Shown: positions 1 to 10,207, counted from the first letter of the stretch. The stretch is 64,000 nucleotides of DNA from an uncultured Planctomycetota bacterium (GCA_963845755.1 CAWJTV010000009.1:288001-352000); one strand, 5' to 3'. Notes: a model not told the origin generated them from the letters alone. A program made the numbers and translations.

Positions 1-750
1 GCGAAGATCCGCGACGCCGGGATCCCGTTCGTGATCCCCACTGCGGAGGAGTTCCCCCAGCGGCTCGAGGCCGTGCTCGCGGTGGTCTACCTCGTGTTCA
101 ACGAGGGCTACTCCGCCACGTCGGGCGAGTCACTCACGCGGGCCGACCTCTCGGGTGAGGCCATCCGCCTGGGGGGGCTCCTGGCCGGTTTGCTGCCCGA
201 CCCGGAGGCCGTGGGCCTGCTCGCGCTGATGCTGCTCCACGAGTCCCGTCGGCCGGCCCGCTCGACACCAGCGGGCGACATCGTCCTGCTCGAGGACCAG
301 GACCGCTCGAAGTGGGACGCCCGGCTCATCACGGAGGGCAAGGCACTGGTCGAGCGGGCGCTCGCCACGCGACGGTTCGGGGCGTACACCGTCCAGGCGG
401 CCATCGCCGCCGTCCACGCGTCGGCGCCGAGTGCGGCCGCCACCGACTGGCGACAGATCGCGGCACTCTACGACGCCCTTCTCGCGATCAACCCCTCGCC
501 GGTGGTTGAGCTCAACCGCGCGGTGGCCGTGGCCATGCGCGACGGGCCGACAGCCGGGCTCGGGCTCATTGATGCCATCCTCAACCGCAGCGACCTCGGC
601 GCCTACCACCTGGCCCATGCCGCCCGCGCCGACCTGCTTCGGCGGTTGGGGCGGCGGGAGGAGTCCAGGCAGGCCTACGAGCGGGCACTGGCTCTCGCGC
701 AGCAAGAGCCGGAGCGTCGGTTCCTCCGGATGCGCCTGGCGCAACTCTGA
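1..750 (+). CDS. ECF sigma factor with C-terminal DUF6596/TPR extension (ECF42-type), 5' end outside window
   Basis: Frame open from base 1: AKIRDAGIPF..RLEAVLAVVYLVFNEGY..LEDQDRSKWD..QAAIAAVHA..SPVVELNRAVA; next to a DGPF gene. Confidence 0.9.
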   Translation, partial: AKIRDAGIPFVIPTAEEFPQRLEAVLAVVYLVFNEGYSATSGESLTRADLSGEAIRLGGLLAGLLPDPEAVGLLALMLLHESRRPARSTPAGDIVLLEDQDRSKWDARLITEGKALVERALATRRFGAYTVQAAIAAVHASAPSAAATDWRQIAALYDALLAINPSPVVELNRAVAVAMRDGPTAGLGLIDAILNRSDLGAYHLAHAARADLLRRLGRREESRQAYERALALAQQEPERRFLRMRLAQL

Positions 751-842
751 TGGAGGCTCAAGTCCTGAACCCAAACGATATGCAGCTCAGGCGCCCGGCC
801 GGAGCGTTTCGTCGTCCTCGAACCCGAGAAGTCCGGAGCGTG

Positions 843-869
843 TGTCGATCCGCAGTCGCCCCGTTCGAC
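843..869 (+). promoter_or_regulatory. Putative ECF42 promoter (TGTCGA-N17-CGAC)
   Basis: TGTCGA 843-848 and CGAC 866-869 upstream of a VOC gene; same geometry recurs at 2214-2240. Confidence 0.65.
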
Positions 870-927
870 TACCGGGTAAAGTTCAGTCCGGCTGGGCCTT
901 GCCCGAAACCTTTACCGAGGGAGACCC

Positions 928-1389
928 ATGACACAACAGACGATCAGGACCTGCCTCTGGTTCGACGGGAACGCCGAGGAGGCCGCCGAGTTCTACGTCT
1001 CAGTCATCAAGGAGTCCGGTATCTCGAGCATCACCCCCGGCCCAACCGGCGCGGCGCTTGTCGTCGCGTTCCGGCTGGCCGGAGCCGAGTTCCTCGCCCT
1101 GAATGGAGGGCCGACGTTCCAGTTCAACGAGGCGGTGTCGCTGTCAGTGGACTGCCGGTTGCAGGAAGAGCTGGACGAGCTGTGGGAGAAGTTGTCGGCG
1201 GGCGGCTCGCCGGGGCAGTGCGGTTGGCTCAAGGACCGCTACGGCCTGTCGTGGCAGATCGTTCCCACCATTCTATCGAAGCTCTTCGCGGATACGGATC
1301 GCGGCCGCGTGCAGCGCATGATGGACGCACTGATGGGGATGACGAAGATCGACATCCGGGCCCTCGAGGCTGCGGCCGAGGCGGCGTGA
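928..1389 (+). CDS. VOC/PhnB-like (3-demethylubiquinone-9 3-methyltransferase family) protein
   Basis: CLWFDGNAEEAAEFY..ALNGGPTFQFNEAVS..CGWLKDRYGLSWQIVP. Confidence 0.9.
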   Translation: MTQQTIRTCLWFDGNAEEAAEFYVSVIKESGISSITPGPTGAALVVAFRLAGAEFLALNGGPTFQFNEAVSLSVDCRLQEELDELWEKLSAGGSPGQCGWLKDRYGLSWQIVPTILSKLFADTDRGRVQRMMDALMGMTKIDIRALEAAAEAA

Positions 1390-1442
1390 GGTGAGGACGG
1401 TCGAGCGATCTCGAAGTGCGAACCGATGTCACGGAGAACGTC

Positions 1443-2198
1443 ATGAGATACATGCTGCTGATCTACGGCGCCGAGAACTCCTGGACCGAGGACGAGCGGC
1501 GGGCCTGCATGATCGAATCCATGGGTATCTGCGACGATCTCGCGGCCCAGGGGAAGTACCTCGGCTCCTCACCGCTCCAGTCGGTCACGACCGCCGCGAG
1601 CGTCCGCGTGCGGGACGGCCGGACGTTCGTCACCGACGGCCCGTTCGCCGAGACGACCGAGCAGCTCGGCGGATACTACATGCTCGACCTGGCCGACCTC
1701 GACGAGGCGATCGCGGTCGCCGCGCGCGTGCCGCCCGCGGCCAAGGGGACCGTCGAGATCCGCCCACTCCTTGCGATGGATGGACTGCCGCCCGATCGAC
1801 CGTTGCCGACCGACGGATTCGACGCGTCGCAGACTCCGTTCCTCTTGCTCTGCTACGACGACGAGGCCGCCTGGGAGGCTGCCGGGCCAGAGGCGCTGGC
1901 CGAGGCCCGCGCTGATACAGCCCTCGCCCGGAGACTCTCGGACGAAGGCCGGTTTCTCAGCGCCTCCCCGCTCCACCCGGCAGCGACGGCCACGTGCGTC
2001 CGCGTGCGAGGCGGCCGGCGCGTGATCACCGATGGCCCTTTTGCAGAGACACACGAGGTCCTGGGCGGCTACTACTTGATTCTGGCCGAGGACCGCGCCG
2101 CGGCCATTCGGCTCGCAGCCCAGCACCCGGGTGCGCGGGTCGGCACCGTCGAGGTGCGTCCGCTGTTCGACCTGTCCCGCCTCAGAAAATCGTCCTGA
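1443..2198 (+). CDS. YciI/DGPF family protein, two tandem domains
   Basis: MRYMLLIY..TDGPFAETTEQLGGYY..VEIRP, then TDGPFAETHEVLGGYY..VEVRP. Confidence 0.9.
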   Translation: MRYMLLIYGAENSWTEDERRACMIESMGICDDLAAQGKYLGSSPLQSVTTAASVRVRDGRTFVTDGPFAETTEQLGGYYMLDLADLDEAIAVAARVPPAAKGTVEIRPLLAMDGLPPDRPLPTDGFDASQTPFLLLCYDDEAAWEAAGPEALAEARADTALARRLSDEGRFLSASPLHPAATATCVRVRGGRRVITDGPFAETHEVLGGYYLILAEDRAAAIRLAAQHPGARVGTVEVRPLFDLSRLRKSS

Positions 2199-2213
2199 TC
2201 AACTCGGCGGGTT

Positions 2214-2240
2214 TGTCGATTCCCGCCGCCCCCGATCGTT
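2214..2240 (+). promoter_or_regulatory. Putative ECF42 promoter (TGTCGA-N17-CGTT)
   Basis: Same -35 and spacing as 843-869, upstream of the second VOC gene. Confidence 0.6.
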
Positions 2241-2319
2241 TGCCTGGCGAGCGTGACGACGGTGGCAAACGGCCGTCGCGTCACACGAGCAAACCACCCC
2301 GAAAAGGCAAGGAGAAACC

Positions 2320-2760
2320 ATGACCGAAACGACGATCACCCCGTATCTGTTCTTCGGCGGCCGCTGCGAAGAGGCGCTGGAGTTCTACCGCAAGGCCCTC
2401 GACGCGGAGGTCGAGATGCTGATGCGCTATGACGAGAGCCCGACGCCACCGCCGCCCGGCATGCTCCAGGCGGGGTTCGAAAGGAAGATCATGCACGCCT
2501 CGTTCCGCGTCCGCGGAGTGCCGCTGATGGCGGCCGACGGCCGCGATGACAAATCGAAGTTCGACGGGCTTTGGCTTGCGCTCGCCCTTCCCTTGGAGGC
2601 GGACGCCCACCGGGCGTTCGACGCCCTCGCCGACGGAGGAAGCATCGAGATGCCGCTCACCAAGACGTTCTGGTCGCCGTGCTACGGCATGGTCACCGAT
2701 CGCTTCGGTCTGGGCTGGATGGTGATGGTCCCCCAGGCCCCGGCTCTTCGGGAAGGATGA
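2320..2760 (+). CDS. VOC/PhnB family protein
   Basis: ITPYLFFGGRCEEALEFY..IMHAS..TFWSPCYGMVTDRFGLGWMV; GGAG RBS. Confidence 0.9.
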   Translation: MTETTITPYLFFGGRCEEALEFYRKALDAEVEMLMRYDESPTPPPPGMLQAGFERKIMHASFRVRGVPLMAADGRDDKSKFDGLWLALALPLEADAHRAFDALADGGSIEMPLTKTFWSPCYGMVTDRFGLGWMVMVPQAPALREG

Positions 2761-2846
2761 AGGATGAGTCATCAAACGCCGTAGTCCGGGGTGACGGGAA
2801 TCGAGCCCGGCTCATTCAGCCCTCATCCTTCAGCCTTCAGCTTTCC
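2752..2846. repeat. Inverted heptamer (GGATGAA-type) tandem-repeat hairpin
   Basis: GAAGGATGAAGGATGAG 2752-2768 pairs with CTCATCCTTCAGCCTTC 2822-2838 (1 mismatch). Confidence 0.65.
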
Positions 2847-2892
2847 GAAAAGGCGTAGCCGAGGAACTAGCCTGGTTCGACAGGAATGCGCC

Positions 2893-2921
2893 TTGCTCTT
2901 TATGATACGGACGCACATATT
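2893..2921 (+). promoter_or_regulatory. Putative sigma70 promoter and autoregulatory operator of tetR (probably leaderless)
   Basis: TTGCTC-N17-CATATT, 6 nt before ATG 2928; ATACGGACGCACATATT matches the box at 3538-3554 at 14/17. Confidence 0.5.
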
Positions 2922-2927
2922 GAAAGT

Positions 2928-3509
2928 ATGCCGAAGCCATCTCATCGCGAAAAACTGCTGACGGCAGGTCTGCAGGTGGTGATCGAACGAGGGTACTGCG
3001 GCGCCAGCGTCCGCGATATCGTCCAGGCCGCGGGGGTGCCGCAGGGGTCGTTCACCAACCACTTCCGGTCTAAGGAAGCGTTCTGCCTGGAGGTCCTGGA
3101 GCGCTGCTTCGACCTCGTGCGCCAGAACATCGAGAAAACCCTGCGCAACGATGCGATGGCGCCGCTGGAGCGGATGCGGGCGTGGGTGGATCTGCAAATC
3201 CGCTACCTCGAGCAAACCGGCATGCGGAACGGTTGCTTGATCGGCAACTACGGGGTCGAGGCCAGCGAGCATAGCGAAGCGATTCGGCGACGCCTGGTCG
3301 AGATCTTCGCCGAGATCCACGAGTCGGTCGTCTACTGTCTGAAGGCGGCCGTTACGGCCGGCGACTTGTCGTCCGCGACCGACTGCGAACAACTCGCTCA
3401 TTTTCTGTACGCCTCGCTCCAAGGCGCAGTTCTTGAGTCGAAGGTCGGGCGCAGTTCGGCTCCGCTGAAGCGGTTCCAGAAAGTCATCTTCTCGGCCCTG
3501 CTGCGGTGA
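2928..3509 (+). CDS. TetR/AcrR family regulator (NemR-like)
   Basis: HTH ASVRDIVQAAGVPQGSFTNHFRSKE; GCLIGN motif. Confidence 0.9.
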   Translation: MPKPSHREKLLTAGLQVVIERGYCGASVRDIVQAAGVPQGSFTNHFRSKEAFCLEVLERCFDLVRQNIEKTLRNDAMAPLERMRAWVDLQIRYLEQTGMRNGCLIGNYGVEASEHSEAIRRRLVEIFAEIHESVVYCLKAAVTAGDLSSATDCEQLAHFLYASLQGAVLESKVGRSSAPLKRFQKVIFSALLR

Positions 3510-3527
3510 ACCTATATGTTCGATCAG

Positions 3528-3556
3528 TTGACGTTCAATACGGTCGTACGTATTAT
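3528..3556 (+). promoter_or_regulatory. Sigma70 promoter with overlapping palindromic TetR operator
   Basis: TTGACG-N17-TATTAT; palindrome AATACG-N6-CGTATT 3537-3554. Confidence 0.7.
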
Positions 3557-3752
3557 TGCCGAAGAGCGGGCTATCGGGCCATTCGCCATTTGGGCAAGGC
3601 GCGACAGCCAGGATCGGCGGCTGGGCCACGCGGCCGTGAAGTCCTCCGTGGCGGCGCACACAACATCACGCCGCAGTCGGAGCACTGGCCGATGAGCCGC
3701 CGCGGATTCTTGACGGACCATTGCACCCGGGACACACAGCTAGGAGGCACCT

Positions 3753-4509
3753 GTGAACACCACACATGAAAGACCACTGGCAGGCAAGGTCGCGCTCATC
3801 ACGGGCGGTTCGCGTGGCATCGGTGCCGCGATCGCCAAGCGCCTGGCCGCGGACGGCGCCAGCGTCGCCGCCACCTACTCCAAAGGCGCTGACGCAGCGG
3901 CGTCCGTTGTCAAAGAGATTGAACGCGGAGGCGGAAAGGCGATCGCGATCCAGGCGGACGCCGCCGACGCCGATGCCGTCAGGAACGCCGTCGAACAGGA
4001 CGGTCACGACACTGGGTCGGCTCGACGTGCTGGTGAACAACGCCGGCACGGTCATTCCGATGACAGTAGAGGAGACGACTCTTGCGGACTTCGATCGGGT
4101 CTTTGCGGTCAACGTCCGCGGCGTCTTCGTCGCGACGCAGGCGGCGCTCAAGCACCTGAAGACTGGCGGGCGAATCATCATGATCGGCTCCTGCCTGGGT
4201 GAGCGCGTGATGATGCCCGGCATGGCGCCCTACTCGGCAACCAAAGGGGCCGTCAAGATGTTCACGCAAGGGCTGGCACGGGAGCTCGGAGCGCGCGGCA
4301 TTACGGTCAACAATGTTCAGCCGGGGCCCATTGACACCGATCTGAACCCCGCCTCAGGCGAGTGGGCCGCAGGCCAGAAGGCGGTCGTTCCGCTTGATCG
4401 GTATGGACACGCCGACGAGGTCGCGGCGCTGGTCGCGTTCGTCGCCGGTCCGGAGTCGTCATACATCAACGGTGCGAACCTGACGGTCGACGGCGGCACC
4501 AACGCTTAA
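3753..4509 (+). CDS. SDR oxidoreductase (frameshift near 3995)
   Basis: TGGSRGIG in one frame; NNAG, YSATK, QPGPIDT and VDGG in the next; AGGAGG RBS. Confidence 0.85.
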
Positions 4510-4550
4510 CTAACCTCAAGCTTGGTAGTCGGTCAACGGGAGGAACGAAA

Positions 4551-5281
4551 ATGGGCAAGCTGCAAGGAAAAGTGGCAGTGATCACCGGGGGCACGGAAGG
4601 GATCGGGTTGGCTACGGCAAAGCTTTTCGTCAAAGAGGGCGCATTCGTCTTCATTACGGGCCGCCGCCAGAAGGAACTCGATGAGGCCGTGAAGGCAATC
4701 GGCCCCAACGCTTCTGGAGTTCAGGGAGACGTTGCCAAATTGGCTGACCTTGATCGTCTTTACGGGACCGTCTCTAAAGTGAAGGGGCGAATCGATATTG
4801 TTTTCGCCAACGCCGGCGTTGGCGAATTTGTTTCCTTTGGGGCCGTCACCGAAGAGCATTTCGACAAACTATTCAACATCAATGTGAGGGGAAGTTGTTC
4901 ACGGTGCAAAAGGCCTTACCGCTACTGAATGATGGTGGCTCTATCATTCTCAACGGCTCCGTCGCGAGCGTGAAGGGTACTGCTGCCTTCGGCGTCTACG
5001 CCGCGAGTAAGGCTGCCATCCGCTCTTTCGTGCGGACCTGGACTACAGATCTGAAGGACCGTCGTATCCGTTCAAACGTTGTTAGTCCGGGTCCGATCAA
5101 TACCCAACTGGCGAGTCGGCAATCCGCGGACGTGATTGGGCGGATTGTGTCCACCATCCCGATGGGACGCATGGGGGAACCCGAGGAAGTTGCCAAGGCG
5201 GCGTCGTTTCTGGCGTCGGATGACTCCAGTTTTGTCACCGGTATCGAACTATTCGTTGACGGCGGCAGAGCCCAGGTCTAA
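4551..5281 (+). CDS. SDR oxidoreductase (frameshift near 4890)
   Basis: [13 protein letters not shown], then YAASK..SPGPI..VDGG. Confidence 0.85.
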
Positions 5282-5301
5282 CCGAAAGGACGGAGGATGC
5301 C

Positions 5302-6192
5302 ATGTATGTGATTTTGGGGGCGAGCGGGCACACCGGCTCCATCATCGCCAATTCCCTGCTATTGAAGGGCGAGAAGGTGCGTGTCGTGGGGCGCGACACG
5401 GGGCGACTCCAGTCCTTTGTGCGCAAGGGCGCGGAAGCGTTCACGGCCAACGTGAGCGATGCGACTGCGCTCGCCGAAGCCTTCAGCGGGGCACACGCGG
5501 CATACTTGATGTTGCCGCCGGTGGCCTCCCGGGAGGACCAGGAGCGACAGAGCGATGCGATCGCGAAAGCCGTGAAAGAGTCCGGCCTGCGCTACGCGGT
5601 GCACTTGAGCAGCTACGGCGCACATGTTCCGGAAGGCACCGGGCCAATCGCGGGGCTGCATTCTTCGGAGCAAAAACTGAACGCCATCCGTGGTCTGAAC
5701 GTCCTGCACCTGCGCGCCGCGTATTTCATGGAGAATCATCTGGCGGCGATCGCCATGATTCATGGGACGGGAATGTTCGGAGGTGCGCTGCTACCCGATC
5801 TGAAGCTGCCCATGATCGCGACGCGCGACATCGGCGACTACGCCGCGCAGCGCCTCGTGGACCTGGATTTTTCCGGCAAACCAACGCGCGAGCTGCTGGG
5901 CGAGCGCGACCTGTCGATGACGGAAGCGACCGCGGTGATCGGGCGAGGCATTGGCAAACCGGATCTGCGTTACGAGCAGTTTCCGTATGACCAGGTGCAG
6001 CAGGTGTTGACGCAGATGGGGATTCCGCCGACGACCGCCGCGGTGTACATCGAGATGTACAAGGCCATCAACGCAGGCGTCGTCGCTCCGCAGGAGCCGC
6101 GCTCGCCGGAGAACAGCACACCGACTTCGTTTGAACAATTTGTGCAGGATGTCTTCGCGACTGCGTATCACGGGAAGGCTCCCGCCGCTTAG
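5302..6192 (+). CDS. NmrA-like NAD(P)H-binding protein
   Basis: GASGHTG Rossmann motif; LRAAYFMEN; MIATRDIG. Confidence 0.85.
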   Translation: MYVILGASGHTGSIIANSLLLKGEKVRVVGRDTGRLQSFVRKGAEAFTANVSDATALAEAFSGAHAAYLMLPPVASREDQERQSDAIAKAVKESGLRYAVHLSSYGAHVPEGTGPIAGLHSSEQKLNAIRGLNVLHLRAAYFMENHLAAIAMIHGTGMFGGALLPDLKLPMIATRDIGDYAAQRLVDLDFSGKPTRELLGERDLSMTEATAVIGRGIGKPDLRYEQFPYDQVQQVLTQMGIPPTTAAVYIEMYKAINAGVVAPQEPRSPENSTPTSFEQFVQDVFATAYHGKAPAA

Positions 6193-6229
6193 GCTCAGCC
6201 CAGGTGGCACCGGTCGCGCCTGTTTTCCG

Positions 6230-6405
6230 GCGAGAATTACGGGAAATGGCTTCTGAGACGTGGACTATATGCTGAACTTCGCCGAGGCGACGCTCCTGAG
6301 CACGATCAAGATCCGCCAGGTTGGCTTCGCGGATCGCGTCGACACTCATCAGAGCTTGCGGCGACAGCTTACCAGGTTGCGGGAGATGCGAATGATTCCG
6401 CAACA
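6230..6405 (+). pseudogene. C-terminal remnant of a PRISE/progesterone-5-beta-reductase-like SDR
   Basis: STIKIRQVGFADRVDT...RLREMRMIP resembles the family C-terminus; no N-terminal part. Confidence 0.45.
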
Positions 6406-6422
6406 GGCTTTGGTCTTCGCCC

Positions 6423-7370
6423 GTGAGAGGGATTCGGATGGTCGCACCGACTGAAGACTATTCCCCGGATCACGATGGCGGAAAGTTTACTCTGATCTTG
6501 GCCACGGTTGCGACGTGGAGAGCGCCGGCGTTCCTGGAGAACCTCGCGATCGATGCTGAGGGTGCGGTATTCGTCACCGTCTATTCGCACAAGCGCGTCG
6601 ATCGCTACGATCCGGCGACACGCGCGACGACCACGTTTTCGGAAGTTCCGGCACCGCCGATGGGACTCGTGTTTGATGCCAGCGACGTGCTTTGGGTGAC
6701 CGGCGGAACACTGCGCGAGGGGCCTGGATATATCTGGCGAGTCGAGCCGAGTGGTGCCGTCCGCCAATGGTGTGAAGTTCCGGACGCCACCTTCATGAAC
6801 GGCTGCACGATGCATCCGAATGGGCGAACGCTTTTGGCCTGCGAGAGCGGCTCCGGCCGTATTCTCGCGATCGATTTGGACAAGCCTGGCCGATGGGATG
6901 TCTGGCTTCAGGGGGATCGGATCAGGTCGCTTGTCCCCGGGTATCCGGGGGCGAACGGGATCAAGATCCGCGATGGTTGGGCGTGGATCAGTGTCTCAGG
7001 ACGCAGGTTGATCGCCCGCGTGTCATTCCAACCGGATGGCTCCGCTGGCGATATCGAAATAGCAGCAACGCGCCTCTTGGCCGACGACATCGCATTCGGG
7101 ATATCTGGTTCGGCCTACGTCACCACGCATCCCGAACACACGCTGGTTCGCCTCGACCCGTCAGGCGCTCGCACGACATTGGCAGGCCCCGAACAGGGTA
7201 TGGTCGGGAGCACGGCCTACGCCTTCGGAAAAGCGCCCGGCGACGAGAAGGCGCTCTATGTAACGACCGATGGCGGCTTTCTGATTCCCCACGAAAGTGG
7301 CATCCAGGACGCCAAACTGGTACGGATGGAAGTCGGCGAATCGGGCTGGCCCCTGTTGCAAGGAGTGTGA
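6423..7370 (+). CDS. SMP-30/gluconolactonase family beta-propeller
   Basis: FLENLA, FMNGC, GANGIK, ADDIAF, ALYVTT motifs. Confidence 0.8.
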   Translation: MRGIRMVAPTEDYSPDHDGGKFTLILATVATWRAPAFLENLAIDAEGAVFVTVYSHKRVDRYDPATRATTTFSEVPAPPMGLVFDASDVLWVTGGTLREGPGYIWRVEPSGAVRQWCEVPDATFMNGCTMHPNGRTLLACESGSGRILAIDLDKPGRWDVWLQGDRIRSLVPGYPGANGIKIRDGWAWISVSGRRLIARVSFQPDGSAGDIEIAATRLLADDIAFGISGSAYVTTHPEHTLVRLDPSGARTTLAGPEQGMVGSTAYAFGKAPGDEKALYVTTDGGFLIPHESGIQDAKLVRMEVGESGWPLLQGV

Positions 7371-7375
7371 CGGAA

Positions 7376-8311
7376 ATGATCCGCATAGCCATCCTGGACG
7401 ATTATCAAAACGTGTCGCTGGAGATGGCCGACTGGTCGCCGCTCGCCGGGCGCGCCGTGATCACCGTTTTCAATGACCATTTGTCCGATTTCGACCAAGT
7501 TGTCGAGCGCCTCCTGCCGTTCGACGTGGTCTGCGTCATGCGCGAGCGCACACCGCTGCCTCGGTCAGTCATCGCGCGCCTGCCGCGGCTGAAGCTGATC
7601 GCATCGACCGGTCCTCGCAACGCGGCCATCGATGCGGAGGCCGCGGCCGAGCGAGGTATCGTGGTAGCGCATACGGGATACGATGCACGCTCCACCATCG
7701 AGATGACCTGGGCCCTGATCCTCGCCAGTGTGCGTCAGGTCGCCTTGGAAAATGCACATTTGCGCGCCGGCGGCTGGCAGCTCACGATGGGCGACAGTCT
7801 CCACGGTAAGACGCTTGGCGTTCTCGGCCTCGGCAACATTGGCTCGGAGGTTGCGCGAATCGGCCTCGCGTTCGGCATGGACGTGATCGCCTGGAGCGAG
7901 AATCTCACGTCGGACAGGGCGCGAACATGCGGAGCGCGCCTGGTCTCCAAGGACGAACTCTTCCGGACCACCGACATCGTGACGATCCACCTCGTCCTCA
8001 GCCCCAGAACGAAGGGCCTGGTCGGAGCGGCCGAGCTGCAGGCCATGAAACCATCGGCCAGACTCATCAATACCTCGCGTGGCCCGATCGTTGACGAGCC
8101 GGCGCTCATCGAGGTCTTGCGTGACCGCCGCATTGCTGGCGCGGCGCTCGACGTGTTCGACATCGAGCCCTTGCCGGCGGATCACCCTTTCCGGTCGCTG
8201 GATAACGTCCTATCCACGCCGCATATCGGTTACGTCGCCAGAGACCTCTACAGGATTTTCTTTGGCGATACGGTCAAGAATATCGCGCGATGGTTGGTCC
8301 AACCGGCCTGA
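7376..8311 (+). CDS. D-2-hydroxyacid dehydrogenase family protein
   Basis: AILDDYQ, MRERT, GLGNIG, INTSRGPIVDE, DVFDIEP, TPHIG. Confidence 0.92.
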   Translation: MIRIAILDDYQNVSLEMADWSPLAGRAVITVFNDHLSDFDQVVERLLPFDVVCVMRERTPLPRSVIARLPRLKLIASTGPRNAAIDAEAAAERGIVVAHTGYDARSTIEMTWALILASVRQVALENAHLRAGGWQLTMGDSLHGKTLGVLGLGNIGSEVARIGLAFGMDVIAWSENLTSDRARTCGARLVSKDELFRTTDIVTIHLVLSPRTKGLVGAAELQAMKPSARLINTSRGPIVDEPALIEVLRDRRIAGAALDVFDIEPLPADHPFRSLDNVLSTPHIGYVARDLYRIFFGDTVKNIARWLVQPA

Positions 8312-8359
8312 ACGATGCGTAACACACCAACGCCGCAGTCGTGAAACGACGAGGAGATC

Positions 8360-8782
8360 ATGATGAGTCAGACGACACAGGAAAGGAATAAGGCACTGGT
8401 ACTCGCGGCCTTCGACTCATTGTTTAACCAGCGGGACTATGAGGCGGCCCAACGGTATTGGTCGCCCAACTACATCCAGCACAGCGCGCATATTGCCCCG
8501 GGCAGGGGCGGCCTTCTTGAGCTCATCAAGAGCATGCCACCGACACTGAAATACGAACCAGGGATGATCGTGGCTGACGGCGACCTCGTGATCGTTCACG
8601 GACGTTTTTCGGGTTTCGGGGCACCCGTGAATTGGGTCGTGGCAGATATCCTTCGGATCGAGGACGGGGTCCTCGTCGAGCATTGGGATGTCATTCAGGA
8701 CGAGGCGACTCAAGAGCAATCGAAGAGCGGTAGGCCGATGTTCGGCGACTCGTTTCCGGGCTTTCCAGGAGAACGCTCATGA
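8360..8782 (+). CDS. SnoaL/NTF2-like protein
   Basis: NKALV..YIQHS..ADILRIEDGVLVEHWDVIQ. Confidence 0.85.
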   Translation: MMSQTTQERNKALVLAAFDSLFNQRDYEAAQRYWSPNYIQHSAHIAPGRGGLLELIKSMPPTLKYEPGMIVADGDLVIVHGRFSGFGAPVNWVVADILRIEDGVLVEHWDVIQDEATQEQSKSGRPMFGDSFPGFPGERS

Positions 8783-9525
8783 CGACCCCTGTCGTTTTGA
8801 TTACGGGCGCGCTCACAGGCATCGGGCGTGCCACCGCACTGGCCTTCGCACAAGAGGGCGCGCATCTCGTGGTTTCTGGCCGCCGCGAGGAGGAAGGTGA
8901 GAAGCTCGTCGGGGAACTCCGCAAACTCGGCGCTGAGGCCGAATTCGTACGTTCCGAAGTACGTCACGAAGCCGAAATCCGAAGTCTGGTTGACAGGACC
9001 GTCGCGCGTTTTGGTCGATTGGATGTGGCCGTCAATAACGCCGGTACCGAAGGGGCTCCCGGTCCGGTGACGGCACAAACCGCCGAAACCTAAGCGGCCA
9101 CCTTCGACACCAACGTTCTCGGCACCCTGCTGAGCATGAAGCACGAGTTACGCGTCATGGTGCCCCAGGGACACGGCAGCATCGTCAACGCGTCGTCCAC
9201 ATACGGTCGGGCCGGTGCGGCGGGCGCGTCGGTCTACATTGCCAGCAAGCACGCGGTGGAAGGTCTGACCAAAGCGGCGGCGCTGGAAGTCGCGGAATCC
9301 GGCGTACGCGTCAACGCAGTCGCCCCAGGCCCGATTGAGACCGGGATGCTGAACCGATTCACCGGCACTGCCGAGAAGAAAGCCGCCTTGATCGCCGGCG
9401 TGCCGGCAAAACGCGTCGGCACACCCGAAGAGATCGCTCAGACGATCCTGTTTGTCGCGTCCGACAAGGCATCTTTCATGACGGGTGCATCGATCGCCGT
9501 CGATGGCGGAAAACTGGCTCGCTAA
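8779..9525 (+). pseudogene. SDR oxidoreductase with in-frame TAA at 9091-9093
   Basis: TGALTGIG..NNAG..AET*AATFDTNV..YIASK..VDGG, all in one frame; probably TAC/TAT changed to TAA. Confidence 0.8.
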
Positions 9526-9528
9526 CTG

Positions 9529-9590
9529 GCTGTTTCAAAACGGGGACTGGCTCCGAGTCTTCGAGGTGCCTGTCCCCGTTTTGAAACAGC
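9529..9590. repeat. REP-like palindromic element, copy 1 (may also terminate transcription)
   Basis: 19-bp perfect arms GCTGTTTCAAAACGGGGAC/GTCCCCGTTTTGAAACAGC; 36-bp core identical to 10219-10254. Confidence 0.85.
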
Positions 9591-9725
9591 TTCTGATTCG
9601 GTTCGGTCGGTAACCAGGCTGCCCATCGAGCAGGTTCGTGACGGGAGATCGGCATGTATGAATTGTTGACACGAGCCGTGGGAGCACATGGCGGCTTAAG
9701 CCGGATCGGATACCGCGCGGACCCC

Positions 9726-9754
9726 TTGACAACTGCCGATTGCCTGCGTATACA
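9726..9754 (+). promoter_or_regulatory. Sigma70 promoter of marR (probably leaderless) with putative MarR box TGCGTATACA
   Basis: TTGACA-N17-TATACA, 6 nt before ATG 9761; the same 10-mer lies at 10294-10303 upstream of MATE. Confidence 0.65.
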
Positions 9755-9760
9755 TGCAAT

Positions 9761-10204
9761 ATGAACGCTGAGCACCACAAACCGACCGCCTCCCCTTGCC
9801 TGTGCGGTGCCCTGCGGCAGGCGTCGCGGGCCGTCAGCCGGCTCTATGACGAGGAGTTGCGCGGCATCGGCCTTCGCACGACCCAGTACTCCTTGCTCCA
9901 GTTGCTTCGCCGGTCCGGCGAAGTCCGGCAGCGGGACCTCGCCGAACTGACACTGCACGACGAGACGTCGCTGACCCGCAGCCTCCGTCCGCTCGTGGAC
10001 GCCGGCTGGGTGGCCGTCCGGACGGGGGACGACCGCCGCGAGAAGTGGTTCAAGATCACCTCCGGCGGAGTGGCGAAGCTCGAGGAAGCCCGACCCGCAT
10101 GGGAACGGGCCCAGGTGCGGATGCAGGGGCTGCTGTCGGAGGGGGAATGGCAGCGCCTCCTGGCGGTCCTCCCGGAGATCGCGAAGCTCTCGGCCGGCGT
10201 TTAG
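9761..10204 (+). CDS. MarR family regulator
   Basis: CLCGALRQASRAVSRLYD..TQYSLL..SLTRSLRPL..DDRR. Confidence 0.9.
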   Translation: MNAEHHKPTASPCLCGALRQASRAVSRLYDEELRGIGLRTTQYSLLQLLRRSGEVRQRDLAELTLHDETSLTRSLRPLVDAGWVAVRTGDDRREKWFKITSGGVAKLEEARPAWERAQVRMQGLLSEGEWQRLLAVLPEIAKLSAGV

Positions 10205-10207
10205 CGA

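Noticed and set aside
6893..7375. N-terminal extensions in the ORF track (also 23785, 38381, 58968, 62547)
   Set aside because: They overlap neighbours or lack homology; downstream ATGs fit the families better
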